From Bacteroidales bacterium (GTDB lineage Bacteria; Bacteroidota; Bacteroidia; Bacteroidales; PXBB01), in the NCBI GenBank assembly GCA_028698995.1, contig JAQVVM010000010.1, positions 19,857 through 83,856 of the forward strand: a stretch of DNA of 64,000 nucleotides, in the 5' to 3' direction. The notes beneath the pieces were generated by a model. That model saw nothing but the letters and a program-made list of their open reading frames with translations, did not search any database and was not told the origin of the DNA. Positions 30,876-39,981 of the stretch are shown here, one piece after another. Both the position numbers and the translations under genes were made by a program. Numbering within the stretch: position 1 is the stretch's first letter; each line of letters begins with the position of its first letter.

Positions 30876-31107
30876 AATTTTTGTATTGCTTATATTTATT
30901 CTTCGATAAGTATTTTTCTTAAACCAAAAAACTGATAAAAATATTTAACAATTTACTTTCAATCAATTATTTATTATTTCAAAATACAATATTAGGGAAC
31001 TTAATTCATATTAAAAAAACAAATATATGATTTTTTTTAAAAATCAACAATTTTTGTTTCAAAAAAACAAAAACACAATTTTAAAGAAAATCAAATCCAA
31101 AAAAATG

Positions 31108-31115
31108 TAATTTTG
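31108..31115 (+). promoter_or_regulatory. -7 box TAATTTTG upstream of the sigma-54 activator gene
   Basis: Matches TAnnTTTG, 28 nt upstream of the ATG at 31144. Confidence 0.35.
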
Positions 31116-31143
31116 TCTTGATTGAAAATAAAAAAATGCGTTT

Positions 31144-32313
31144 ATGACAAATATTTTAATAATTGATGATGAAAGAAGTATCCGCAGTACCCTTCAGGAA
31201 ATACTGGAATATGAAAAATTCAAGGTTGACACAGCAGCAGACGGACTGGAAGGTTTGGAGAAAGTTAAACTGAACAATTACGATGTAATTTTATGTGACA
31301 TAAAAATGCCAAAGATGGATGGCATTGAAGTATTAGAAAATATATTTTCAATTAGGCCAGATGCAACAGTCGTAATGATTACCGGGCATGGCACCATAGA
31401 AACAGCAGTAGAAGCAATTAAAAAGGGTGCTTTCGATTTTATTTCAAAGCCCCTTGATTTAAATCGTTTACTAATTACAATAAAAAATGCGACTGACAAA
31501 ACCGAACTTGTTCAGGAAACAAAGGTGCTCAAGAAGAAGATAAGTAAAACCTATGACATGATTGGAGAATCAGAATCCATTAATAAAATAAAACAACTGA
31601 TTGAACGTGTAGCACCAACCGACGCAAGGGTTTTTATTACAGGAGATAACGGCACAGGAAAAGAACTTGTTGCCAGATGGCTGCACGAAAAGAGTAAAAG
31701 AGCTTCAGCACCATTTATTGAAGTAAACTGTGCAGCAATTCCATCTGAACTTATTGAAAGTGAACTTTTCGGGCATGAAAAGGGCTCTTTCACATCGGCC
31801 ATCAAACAAAAGAAAGGCAATTTTGAACTTGCAAACAATGGCACTTTGTTTTTAGATGAGATAGGCGATATGAGTCTTTCAGCGCAAGCTAAAGTATTGC
31901 GGGTTTTGCAGGAAAATAAAATTACCCGTGTGGGAGGAGAAAAAGAAATACCTGTTGACGTGAGGGTAGTTGCCGCTACTAATAAAAATATCTTTCAGGA
32001 AATAGAAAAGGGGAACTTTAGGGAAGATTTGTATCACAGATTAAGCGTCATTTTAATCCATGTCCCCCCTTTGTTTGAAAGAGCAGAAGATATTCCCATT
32101 TTATCAAGATATTTTCTCGAACTTGTTTGCAATGAACATGGTATGCTACAAAAAACTTTAACGGATGATGCTCTGGAGGCATTAAAAAATATTAGATGGA
32201 CTGGTAACATCCGTGAACTTAGAAATGTTATTGAAAGGTTAGCCATTATGTGCGATAAAGAAATAACGCAAGACGATGTGCAGACTTTTGCTCAACCTAA
32301 CATCAAAAAGTAA
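31144..32313 (+). CDS. Sigma-54-dependent response regulator (receiver + AAA+ domain) lacking a C-terminal HTH
   Basis: Receiver ILIIDDE...DVILCDIKMPKMDG...ISKP. AAA+ Walker A GDNGTGKE, ESELFGHEKGSFTSA (GAFTGA variant), Walker B LFLDEIGD, RVVAATN, REDLYHRL. The ORF ends about 25 aa after IRELRNVIERL, so there is no room for a Fis-type HTH. Confidence 0.85.
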   Translation: MTNILIIDDERSIRSTLQEILEYEKFKVDTAADGLEGLEKVKLNNYDVILCDIKMPKMDGIEVLENIFSIRPDATVVMITGHGTIETAVEAIKKGAFDFISKPLDLNRLLITIKNATDKTELVQETKVLKKKISKTYDMIGESESINKIKQLIERVAPTDARVFITGDNGTGKELVARWLHEKSKRASAPFIEVNCAAIPSELIESELFGHEKGSFTSAIKQKKGNFELANNGTLFLDEIGDMSLSAQAKVLRVLQENKITRVGGEKEIPVDVRVVAATNKNIFQEIEKGNFREDLYHRLSVILIHVPPLFERAEDIPILSRYFLELVCNEHGMLQKTLTDDALEALKNIRWTGNIRELRNVIERLAIMCDKEITQDDVQTFAQPNIKK

Positions 32314-32564
32314 AAAAATACAATTGTTTCTACTACTCTCCAAAGTTTACAATGTTTATTTATTATTTTCCAAATATAATATAATTCTCATTTATTAAAC
32401 TTTTGTAAAACGGGTTCATAAAATCTATATCGTTTAAAAAATACAAACGAAATCGTAATCAATTATTTAGATTTTATATAAATTAAATCCATATTTACAA
32501 TATATATTAATTAAAAGGAGAAAAACCTCATATTTGTATTTTGATAGTTAGTAATAATAACATT

Positions 32565-35500
32565 ATGAAAAAGACAGTACTTCTTTTAGTGTTGCTTTTT
32601 GCAACAAGCATTTCATTCAGTCAGTTGATAAACAACGGAGATTTCAGCAACTGGCAGGTGAGCAATTATTATGAGTATCCTGATGAATGGTTTATATTCA
32701 ATGACGATAATGCTGCAAATCTTATTGTTGAAAAATCAAGCCTTGCCCAACAGGGTAATTATTCAGTGAAACTGAACACCATCACATTGGGTAGTGAAAT
32801 ATTAACCGGGGCAGCAGTTTACGGTATAATAGACGAAGATGAATTTAAGGGTTTACCTTTCAACCTGACCGGCAATATTTTTCATTTCTGGTATCAATCA
32901 AATATTCAACCCGGAGATATGGGATTGATGATATTGATTCTTTATAGTAACGGAAGCCAGATAGATTCTTTAGCTTACCCAATTATGTCATCACAAAGCA
33001 ACTGGACTCATGCGATGGTACCTGTTAATTCATCATTGATTCAACCTGATTCAATGTTTTTGGGGTTTTTAAGTAGTGTCCCTGATTTTTTTGGAGGCAA
33101 CCCATCCCCAGGTTCCTGGCTAAGACTTGATAATCTTTATTTTACTATGGGAATGGATCCAACTCCCCTACCTGTCCCAAATTTCAGTTTTGAAAACTGG
33201 TCGGTTGCTGCTGCAGAGGATCCTGACGGTTGGCAGACATCCAACTCCGAACATTATTTAATTTTGAATGACACAAGCAATGTCAATAAATCAACAGATT
33301 ACCACTCTTCTCCTTTTGCAAGCAGGTTGGAAGTTCTTGATATCGAAGGTATTAAAATGGGTGCATCATTAAAATATACAAATTCCAATTTCCCCTATCA
33401 GCCATCCAAATTCTATTTTTATTACAAATACCTTCCGGTAGGATTAGACACCGGCTATATAAACATCAGCTTCACAAATAATGGGAGTTATGTCGGTGGA
33501 GTGGGTTTACCAACAAATGGACAACAACTAAGCTGGGAAGAAGTTGAATTAGACATCTTGTACAATGGTATTCCTGATAAAGTTGAGGTAGAATTTCAAG
33601 CCGGAAGCAACTCAGGTTCAGTCCTTTACATTGATGATGCCAGATTCGGATGTATCAACCCGCAAAATTTATATGGTGAATTTACAAATTCAACTTCAAT
33701 TCAGACTTCATGGAGTGCCGGTGGTGTTGAAACACAATGGCAGTTACAATGGGGACTTCAGGGCTTTCCTCTTGGCACAGGAACAAATGTTATTGTAAAC
33801 ACAAATCCATCTCATATCATAGATGGTCTAAACTACTTAAACAATTATGATTTCTATGTCAGAAGTATCTGTAATGCAGGGGACAGTAGCGAATGGGTTG
33901 GTCCTTACGGGATTTGTATAGGACAGGACGTAGTCATTGTTCAAGACTTTGAAAGTGTTCCCAATAATGGTTATCCTGATTGCTGGCACAAATACACAAC
34001 AGGGTGGTCTCAGATTGAAGCTCTTGATTGCTGCGAACCGCATACAGGTAACAAATTTCTAAAAATGAGCCTTGAAGGGTTGAAAACCTCCTTAATTGCT
34101 TCACCTCTCATAAATGATGATATGGACACCTTATTTATTTCATTTTATGCAAAAAAGAACTCACCACAAAATGCGACTTTATATTTGGGAACCATGTCTA
34201 ATCCATCAAATCCGGCTACGTTTGATACCTTAAATGCTTTCAGTTTAAGCAATGTTTACGAAAATTACACCCATTATTTTGACAACTATAGTGGCAATGA
34301 TAAATACATAAGCATTTTACTTTCAACGGATAATGGAGCAAATACTGAAATTTTTATGGATGATATTGTCATTGATTTTCTTCCTTCCTGTATCCCCCCC
34401 CTAAATATTAACGCAAACAACATCACGCTGAATAGTGCAGATATTACGTGGGATACAGGCGGACAGGGTTTATGGGATATTGTGTATGGCGAACTTGGAT
34501 TTGATCCCTATACAAGTGGGTATTCGGATTACAGTATTACTAATAACAGTTATAATCTGACTTTGCTTAACAGTGGGGCAACTTATGACGTTTATTTAAG
34601 AAGCGACTGCGGTATTTATGGTTTAAGTGATTGGCATAAAATAAATTTTACAACCTTATGTTCTGATGCCCATGTTCCCATTGTTGAAGGATTTGATAAT
34701 AACTACGTAACAGACTTACCCAATTGCTGGCTTAGTCTTATTGAAGGATGGGGAGAGGTATTCGCAACACAGTATGGGGGCAATCTTTCTCAAAGAGCTG
34801 CAAATATGAGAATGAACCATAATAACGACAGCATCTATTTTATCTCTCCATATATCATTGAAAACATTGAAGACTTATATGTTTCATTTGATGCCCGTGA
34901 GCAAACTTACGATCCTATTCTGCAGCAGGGAACTGCCCTTTTAACTCTCGGAACCATAACTGATCCGAATGATGCCTCGACTTTTACACCACTTCAAAAT
35001 TTTCCACTAACAAATAATTACGATACTTTCCAGTATTCTTTTGATAATTATTCAGGCTCTGATAAAAGAATAGCTTTCAGGTTAAAAACAACAAACCAAA
35101 TCTACACAGAAATATTTATTGATAATATTTTAGTGGATGAAGTCCCTATTTGCCTTACACCCGACGGACTTAACACACTAAATACCACCATCAATTCAGC
35201 AGTAATAGAATGGACTAGTACAGCGGGAGAATTTGAAATTGAATACGGAATGGCTCCCTATACTTTTACAGGAATACCTGATTCTTCAGGAATAACCGTA
35301 GATACATTTGCTTTGAGCTCATTGAATCACGGTACAACTTATGAATACAGAGTAAAAGCTGTTTGTGGACCTGGACTTGAAAGTGGGTGGAGTATAACTG
35401 GCAGTTTCACAACAGATTGTGACACATACCAGTACCTTCATGAAAATTTCGACAACGTTTCAACTTCTCAAATGCCAAATTGCTGGACTGCTATTAATAC

Positions 35501-38500
35501 CGGGAATTCTAATGCTTTCATTGGTGCACATGGCTCGGTGTATTTTACCTTTCCGCATGCTTTGTTACTGAATAACGGAAATCTTGTTTCCTCAGGTGCC
35601 CAACTCATGGCTGTCACACCTCATCTTGATAGCATCAACCAACATCAGATAAGATTTTTTGCAAGCACAAATCTGAGCAGTTCAGTTCTTCAAGTAGGGA
35701 CTATGTCCGATCCCAATGATCCATTAACATTTGCCCATTTACAAGACATCACCATAGGAAATAATTTCCAAGAGTATTATGTATCTCTCTCAAATGTAAC
35801 AGCTACCGATGGATATTTCGCTTTTAGGCACACCAATCCGGATGGTGGAAATGAAGAGATTCTTGCTGTAGATGAATTTTTCTATGAACCTGCAGAAAGC
35901 TGCCCACGTCCAACCGCACTTAACTCAAATCCTGTAAACACAAGCTCTGTGATGTTGAAATGGACAGAAAACGGTAATGCATCTCTATGGCAAATGGAAT
36001 GGGGAATCCAGGGATTTCAATTAGGCAACGGCAACAGTTTAAATGTCACTCAGCCCGCTAAGATGTTATTCGGTTTAACACCTAATACCCCCTATGAATT
36101 TTATGTCAGGGCAATTTGTGACACTGTTGGTGGAGATACAAGTCTTTGGGCAGGACCTTTCGCATTTATCACAGATTATATGTGTATTAATAATACTATT
36201 TACGGCCAGACTCCTTCTCCAATCAGCAATTTCCTTTGGTCGGCTGAGGACATGAATTACACTGTTTTTCAACAATTTACAGGTATTGGTTCTGTATTTG
36301 ACGGATTGCATTTATGGGGCATACAGGCTTTTTGGGATGGAAGTGCTTCTTCTGAATGTTATCAGGAACCCATGGATTTTGAAGTCAAAGTTTTTCAGGA
36401 CAATAATGGCCAAATCGGGACAGAGCTTGCAAGTTTTATAAGGTCTGTCACCCCTGATTCAACGAAATCTACAATGGGACTGGGTTATCAAATATATGAA
36501 TTTACTTTACAATTTCCCCAATATTTCAATGTAGCTGATGGCTGGTTTTCAATACGCTCCATTAATTCACCGACCTGCTTTTCGTTATTTGCAAACACCA
36601 CCAATCCTGTAGCACAAGGAACCCTTCTGCGTGTTAACAGCATTACCAATGACACATTATCTTATGACCCGCTGGCTTTTTGTCTTGTAAATAACACCCA
36701 TGTTGTAAATTACTTATCCGGTTCAAACGGACATTTAACAGGACAAACTTCTCAGATTGTCCTCCGTGCAGGTACAACATCTTCTGTGCTGGCTGTTGCA
36801 GACACATGCTATGAATTTGTAGAGTGGAGTGATGGCCGAACAGATAACCCCAGATTTGACGGCCCTGTTTTTCATAACATAACGGTAACTGCTCTTTTTG
36901 ACTTGAAAAATACCATGTTTTATGATACTGTCTATATCTGCCCCGGCGACACCTTCTTTTTCGGGGATATCCAGCAACAGGTACTGACTGAAGAAGGAAA
37001 TTACTCAGGCTCATTTATTACCTCAATGGGCTGCGATTCTATTATTAATCTCAATTTGATTCATCATCCGGTCTATGAATTTGAACAAATTGAAACTATC
37101 TGTGATGGAGACACATTCTCTTGGCGAGGCAATAACTACACAACGGAGAATACTTATTTCGACAGCCTGACAAGTGTTTATGGATGCGACAGCGTATTTA
37201 TATTACAACTCATTGTTTTCCCCTCTTATGAATATGTACATCATGTAGAAATCTGCGATGGAGATTCTTTGACATGGAGAGGTAACTCATATACTGTTCA
37301 AGGCACATATTATGACAGCTTATTCACAGTAAACGGTTGTGACAGTGTGTTTACACTCCATCTCAGCATCAATCCTGTTTATGAATTTACACATATTGAA
37401 CAGATTTGTAATAACGATACATTTACATGGCATGGTAATGACTACACTGCTCAAGGTTTGTACTATGACAGCCTTACAACTGTTAATGGCTGTGATAGTG
37501 TGTATAAATTACATCTTATAATCCTCCCAACCTATGAAACAACTGAAATTGAACACATCTGCAACGGGGACACATTTATCTGGCGCGGCAATAGCTATAC
37601 AGATCAAGGCATGTATTTCGACAGTCTTTTGACAGTGCAAGGCTGTGACAGTGTTTTCAAACTACATCTGATTGTTCATCCTACCTTTGAATTCTTACAT
37701 ACAGAACATATCTGTACAGGTGATACATTCAACTGGCATGGAAATACCTACAATTCGCAGGGGCATTATTATGACAGCCTGCAAACAACTTATGGCTGCG
37801 ATAGTGTGTACATTTTACATTTGATAATAAATCAGCCCTTTGAATTTACACATCAAGAGGAAATCTGTGATGGCGATACATTCTCTTGGCACGGAAGCAA
37901 CTTCACAACTCAAGGCCTCTATTACGACAGTCTTCAAACAGTGTTTGGCTGTGACAGTGTTTACATTTTAAATCTGAGTGTAAATCCTGCTTTTGAATTC
38001 TTACAAACTGATACTATTTGTAACGGCGATACCATCACATGGCGAGGCAATAATTATTCAAGTCAGGGCATGTATTACGACAGTCTTCTTTCCATTCACG
38101 GTTGTGACAGTATTTACAAACTACATCTGATTGTTAATCCTTCATTTGAAATCATTCATACAGAACACCTCTGCCATGGAGATACTTTTACATGGAGGGG
38201 GAATGATTACACTTTAGCAGGAACCTACCACGACAGCCTTTTAACAGTTCATGGGTGCGACAGTGTTTTCACGCTTGTTCTTAACATTTCAACAGTTGAT
38301 GTTTCAGTATCCCAAAATGGTGTAAACCTTACTTCAAATGCCATAAACTCAACTTACCAATGGGTTGATTGTGACAATAATTACAACCTAATAAACGGTG
38401 AAACAAATGCTCTCTTCACAGCCACTGCTAATGGTAATTATGCGGTCATTATAACTCATAACAACTGTGTGGATACCTCGGCATGTTACAATGTTACCGG

Positions 38501-38756
38501 TGTTTTCACAATAAGTGGCAGGTCTGCATTCCCAATTAACATATTCCCTAACCCGAACAATGGTATTTTTACACTTAACTTATCAGAAGCAACTTATATA
38601 TCTGTTTTCAATACACTTGGTACTGTTGTTTACAGTGGTATTTATGCAGAAGGCACCCATCTTTTCAATCTGAAACATCTATCAGATGGCGTTTACATTG
38701 TCAGGAGTGAAAGTGTACACACATCTGAAAGAATAAAAGTGGTAATTCAAAAATAG
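32565..38756 (+). CDS. Giant (~2063 aa) modular surface protein: N-DFE-x-W modules, four (adhesin-like module + Fn3) pairs, InlB-B/Listeria-Bacteroides-type repeat, 9 two-Cys 51-aa repeats, T9SS type A CTD
   Basis: The track start is TTG. The ATG at 32565 gives MKKTVLLLVLLFATSISFSQ. Recurrent ..P(N/D)CW...LGTMS(D/N)P(N/S)(D/N)..TF..L..F.L.N.Y..F.Y.FDNYSG.DK.I.F modules are each followed by an Fn3-like unit (A.ITW....G.W.I.YG..GF). CYEFVEWSDGRTDNPRFDGPVFHNITVTALF. CTD IFPNPNNGIFTLN...GVYIVRSES...VVIQK. Confidence 0.75.
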   Translation: MKKTVLLLVLLFATSISFSQLINNGDFSNWQVSNYYEYPDEWFIFNDDNAANLIVEKSSLAQQGNYSVKLNTITLGSEILTGAAVYGIIDEDEFKGLPFNLTGNIFHFWYQSNIQPGDMGLMILILYSNGSQIDSLAYPIMSSQSNWTHAMVPVNSSLIQPDSMFLGFLSSVPDFFGGNPSPGSWLRLDNLYFTMGMDPTPLPVPNFSFENWSVAAAEDPDGWQTSNSEHYLILNDTSNVNKSTDYHSSPFASRLEVLDIEGIKMGASLKYTNSNFPYQPSKFYFYYKYLPVGLDTGYINISFTNNGSYVGGVGLPTNGQQLSWEEVELDILYNGIPDKVEVEFQAGSNSGSVLYIDDARFGCINPQNLYGEFTNSTSIQTSWSAGGVETQWQLQWGLQGFPLGTGTNVIVNTNPSHIIDGLNYLNNYDFYVRSICNAGDSSEWVGPYGICIGQDVVIVQDFESVPNNGYPDCWHKYTTGWSQIEALDCCEPHTGNKFLKMSLEGLKTSLIASPLINDDMDTLFISFYAKKNSPQNATLYLGTMSNPSNPATFDTLNAFSLSNVYENYTHYFDNYSGNDKYISILLSTDNGANTEIFMDDIVIDFLPSCIPPLNINANNITLNSADITWDTGGQGLWDIVYGELGFDPYTSGYSDYSITNNSYNLTLLNSGATYDVYLRSDCGIYGLSDWHKINFTTLCSDAHVPIVEGFDNNYVTDLPNCWLSLIEGWGEVFATQYGGNLSQRAANMRMNHNNDSIYFISPYIIENIEDLYVSFDAREQTYDPILQQGTALLTLGTITDPNDASTFTPLQNFPLTNNYDTFQYSFDNYSGSDKRIAFRLKTTNQIYTEIFIDNILVDEVPICLTPDGLNTLNTTINSAVIEWTSTAGEFEIEYGMAPYTFTGIPDSSGITVDTFALSSLNHGTTYEYRVKAVCGPGLESGWSITGSFTTDCDTYQYLHENFDNVSTSQMPNCWTAINTGNSNAFIGAHGSVYFTFPHALLLNNGNLVSSGAQLMAVTPHLDSINQHQIRFFASTNLSSSVLQVGTMSDPNDPLTFAHLQDITIGNNFQEYYVSLSNVTATDGYFAFRHTNPDGGNEEILAVDEFFYEPAESCPRPTALNSNPVNTSSVMLKWTENGNASLWQMEWGIQGFQLGNGNSLNVTQPAKMLFGLTPNTPYEFYVRAICDTVGGDTSLWAGPFAFITDYMCINNTIYGQTPSPISNFLWSAEDMNYTVFQQFTGIGSVFDGLHLWGIQAFWDGSASSECYQEPMDFEVKVFQDNNGQIGTELASFIRSVTPDSTKSTMGLGYQIYEFTLQFPQYFNVADGWFSIRSINSPTCFSLFANTTNPVAQGTLLRVNSITNDTLSYDPLAFCLVNNTHVVNYLSGSNGHLTGQTSQIVLRAGTTSSVLAVADTCYEFVEWSDGRTDNPRFDGPVFHNITVTALFDLKNTMFYDTVYICPGDTFFFGDIQQQVLTEEGNYSGSFITSMGCDSIINLNLIHHPVYEFEQIETICDGDTFSWRGNNYTTENTYFDSLTSVYGCDSVFILQLIVFPSYEYVHHVEICDGDSLTWRGNSYTVQGTYYDSLFTVNGCDSVFTLHLSINPVYEFTHIEQICNNDTFTWHGNDYTAQGLYYDSLTTVNGCDSVYKLHLIILPTYETTEIEHICNGDTFIWRGNSYTDQGMYFDSLLTVQGCDSVFKLHLIVHPTFEFLHTEHICTGDTFNWHGNTYNSQGHYYDSLQTTYGCDSVYILHLIINQPFEFTHQEEICDGDTFSWHGSNFTTQGLYYDSLQTVFGCDSVYILNLSVNPAFEFLQTDTICNGDTITWRGNNYSSQGMYYDSLLSIHGCDSIYKLHLIVNPSFEIIHTEHLCHGDTFTWRGNDYTLAGTYHDSLLTVHGCDSVFTLVLNISTVDVSVSQNGVNLTSNAINSTYQWVDCDNNYNLINGETNALFTATANGNYAVIITHNNCVDTSACYNVTGVFTISGRSAFPINIFPNPNNGIFTLNLSEATYISVFNTLGTVVYSGIYAEGTHLFNLKHLSDGVYIVRSESVHTSERIKVVIQK
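36936..38321 (+). repeat. Nine tandem coding repeats (51 aa / 153 nt), two conserved Cys each
   Basis: Consensus ICxGDTFxW(R/H)GNxYTxQGxYYDSLxTVxGCDSV(F/Y)xLxLxVxPx(F/Y)E. The ATC-TGY anchors of units 2-9 (37098, 37251 ... 38169) are in perfect 153-nt register. The first unit (36936) is degenerate and 54 aa long. Confidence 0.9.
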
Positions 38757-38862
38757 TTCATTTAATACAGGGTTTCAGATTAGGCTAAGCCTTGATTAAA
38801 TACTCGTTTTTTAAAAGCTGAAATTTTTTCAAAGAAACAGCTTATAAAACAAATAAAAGCAG

Positions 38863-38870
38863 TATCTTTG
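38863..38870 (+). promoter_or_regulatory. ssrA promoter -7 box (TATCTTTG)
   Basis: Matches TAnnTTTG, 12 nt upstream of the tmRNA 5' end GGGGCTGA. Confidence 0.55.
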
Positions 38871-38882
38871 CATTCCCAAAAA

Positions 38883-39251
38883 GGGGCTGACCGGATTTGA
38901 CAGCAGGGATTGTGGGGAAGTAAGCATGCCGAGCGTTGTGAATATGGCTCGTAAATCCTAATTCTCACGCCTATTAAATGGCAACGATTACAATTACGCT
39001 ATAGCTGCTTAGTTTTAGAAATTAAGCGCAAGCCGTTTCCGGAGAAACATTTCTCGACTGTGTCTCCTGCGAAGCGTCGCAAATGTTGAGATAGCACATG
39101 CAGAGTCTTGATGCAGGTGTGAAATTAAAAAGACTAAGGTTAAGTCAGGTTTGCTTTTGACACGGCTTAACTCGAAAACCAAGAAAAGCTAAGCGTGTAG
39201 AAAGCTTTTTTGCAACTTGTTTGGACCGGGGTTCGACTCCCCGCAGCTCCA
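38883..39251 (+). ncRNA. ssrA: tmRNA (transfer-messenger RNA)
   Basis: The 5' GGGGCUG pairs with the 3' CAGCUCC, including the G3:U Ala identity pair. T-arm GGGGTTCGACTCCCC. Discriminator A, with no encoded CCA. Tag reading frame 38980..39012 GGC AAC GAT TAC AAT TAC GCT ATA GCT GCT TAG encodes GNDYNYAIAA. Length 369 nt. Confidence 0.92.
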
Positions 39252-39255
39252 CAAA
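39240..39255 (+). repeat. attL core (tmRNA 3' end)
   Basis: CCCGCAGCTCCACAAA, identical to 46445..46460. Confidence 0.85.
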
Positions 39256-39263
39256 TTATAAAT

Positions 39264-39300
39264 ACAAAGCCTTGTAAATAAATTACTTACAAGGCTTTGT
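39264..39300 (+). terminator. Rho-independent terminator currently serving ssrA, supplied by the inserted element
   Basis: 14-bp stem acaaagccttgtaa / ttacaaggctttgt with a 9-nt loop, followed by tttatttt. Lies just inside attL. Confidence 0.8.
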
Positions 39301-39345
39301 TTTATTTTACACTCTATTATTACACTCCAAAAGGTTAAACTACTA

Positions 39346-39540
39346 TCATTTTTCTTTATTATTTTTCTCAGCTTCAAACTTATCTATATTACAAACCATT
39401 CTTATTATTTCAAGTGGTTTATTTGTCAGATGTTCCGGCACTGGTATATTAGTACCTAAAAAACATAATTTCGGTTTTGTATCATTGTAGGTGCCGTCAA
39501 TCAATGATTTTATTTCTGATATTTTTCTTTTCTTAATCAT
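39346..39540 (-). CDS. Hypothetical small protein (64 aa), last gene of the element
   Basis: ATG start. ATGA overlap with the upstream 59-aa ORF. No recognisable motif. Confidence 0.4.
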   Translation of the reverse strand: MIKKRKISEIKSLIDGTYNDTKPKLCFLGTNIPVPEHLTNKPLEIIRMVCNIDKFEAEKNNKEK

Positions 39541-39716
39541 TTTATATTTTCATTATCAATAAGATTAATAACTATGTCCTGTGGTCGCACTATGTCCGGG
39601 CTGTAGTTAGGATTGTTGCACTTACCATTAAACAATATAAATATTTTAACTTCTTCATCACTAAGCCCTGCAAGGATTGATTTTATTGTTTTTATCTTTT
39701 GTACTCTATTTTTCAT
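39537..39716 (-). CDS. Hypothetical small protein (59 aa), absent from the ORF track (below 60 aa)
   Basis: Hand translation: MKNRVQKIKTIKSILAGLSDEEVKIFILFNGKCNNPNYSPDIVRPQDIVINLIDNENIK*. The start overlaps the stop of the 91-aa ORF (ATGAAAAATAG) and the stop overlaps the next ATG (ATGA). This pattern suggests translational coupling. Confidence 0.45.
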   Translation of the reverse strand: MKNRVQKIKTIKSILAGLSDEEVKIFILFNGKCNNPNYSPDIVRPQDIVINLIDNENIK

Positions 39717-39981
39717 TTTTAAGTCTTTTTATAAGTTCGTCAAGTTGTTCATCAGTCAGTAACTCTAATTCATTAACAGGTGGTGGCACTATGAATGAAG
39801 CAAGTTTAGTGATGAAGTTTAACCTGTCTTTAGGCTCTAATAAATCAAAATCACTTTGCAGTCGCTCCAGATTATCATTAATAAACTGTTCAAACTTTTC
39901 TTTGAGTGCTTTGGTTGCTTTGTTTGGTGTACCCTTCTTCCTTCCTTCAGGGTTGTTTGTTTGTCCTTTTTTCAGTCCCAT
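39706..39981 (-). CDS. Hypothetical small basic protein (91 aa) with N-terminal KGQTNNPEGRKKGTPNK motif
   Basis: The G-x-x-N-P-x-G-R-x-K-G motif recalls DUF5681-type phage/mobile-element proteins. This is from memory and unverified. Confidence 0.45.
   Translation of the reverse strand: MGLKKGQTNNPEGRKKGTPNKATKALKEKFEQFINDNLERLQSDFDLLEPKDRLNFITKLASFIVPPPVNELELLTDEQLDELIKRLKNEK

Noticed and set aside
18913-32564. Sigma-54 (-24/-12, TGGCAC-N5-TTGC) promoters upstream of the adhesin genes flanking the sigma-54 activator
   Set aside because: Reading the intergenic regions 18913..19335, 24034..24187, 27341..27518, 30876..31143 and 32314..32564 on both strands gave no TGGCA/TTGC pair with correct spacing. 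Only sigma-A-type TAnnTTTG boxes were found.
36936-38321. Strict 153-nt periodicity that could superficially suggest a CRISPR-like or satellite array
   Set aside because: The whole array lies in one long open reading frame with conserved amino-acid positions (Cys, Trp, Gly). There is no alternation of short repeats with unique spacers. It is a protein repeat.
38780-39377. ORF-track entries 38780..38968 (-) and 39189..39377 (-)
   Set aside because: Both overlap the tmRNA gene or its terminator on the opposite strand and show no protein-like features. They are spurious.
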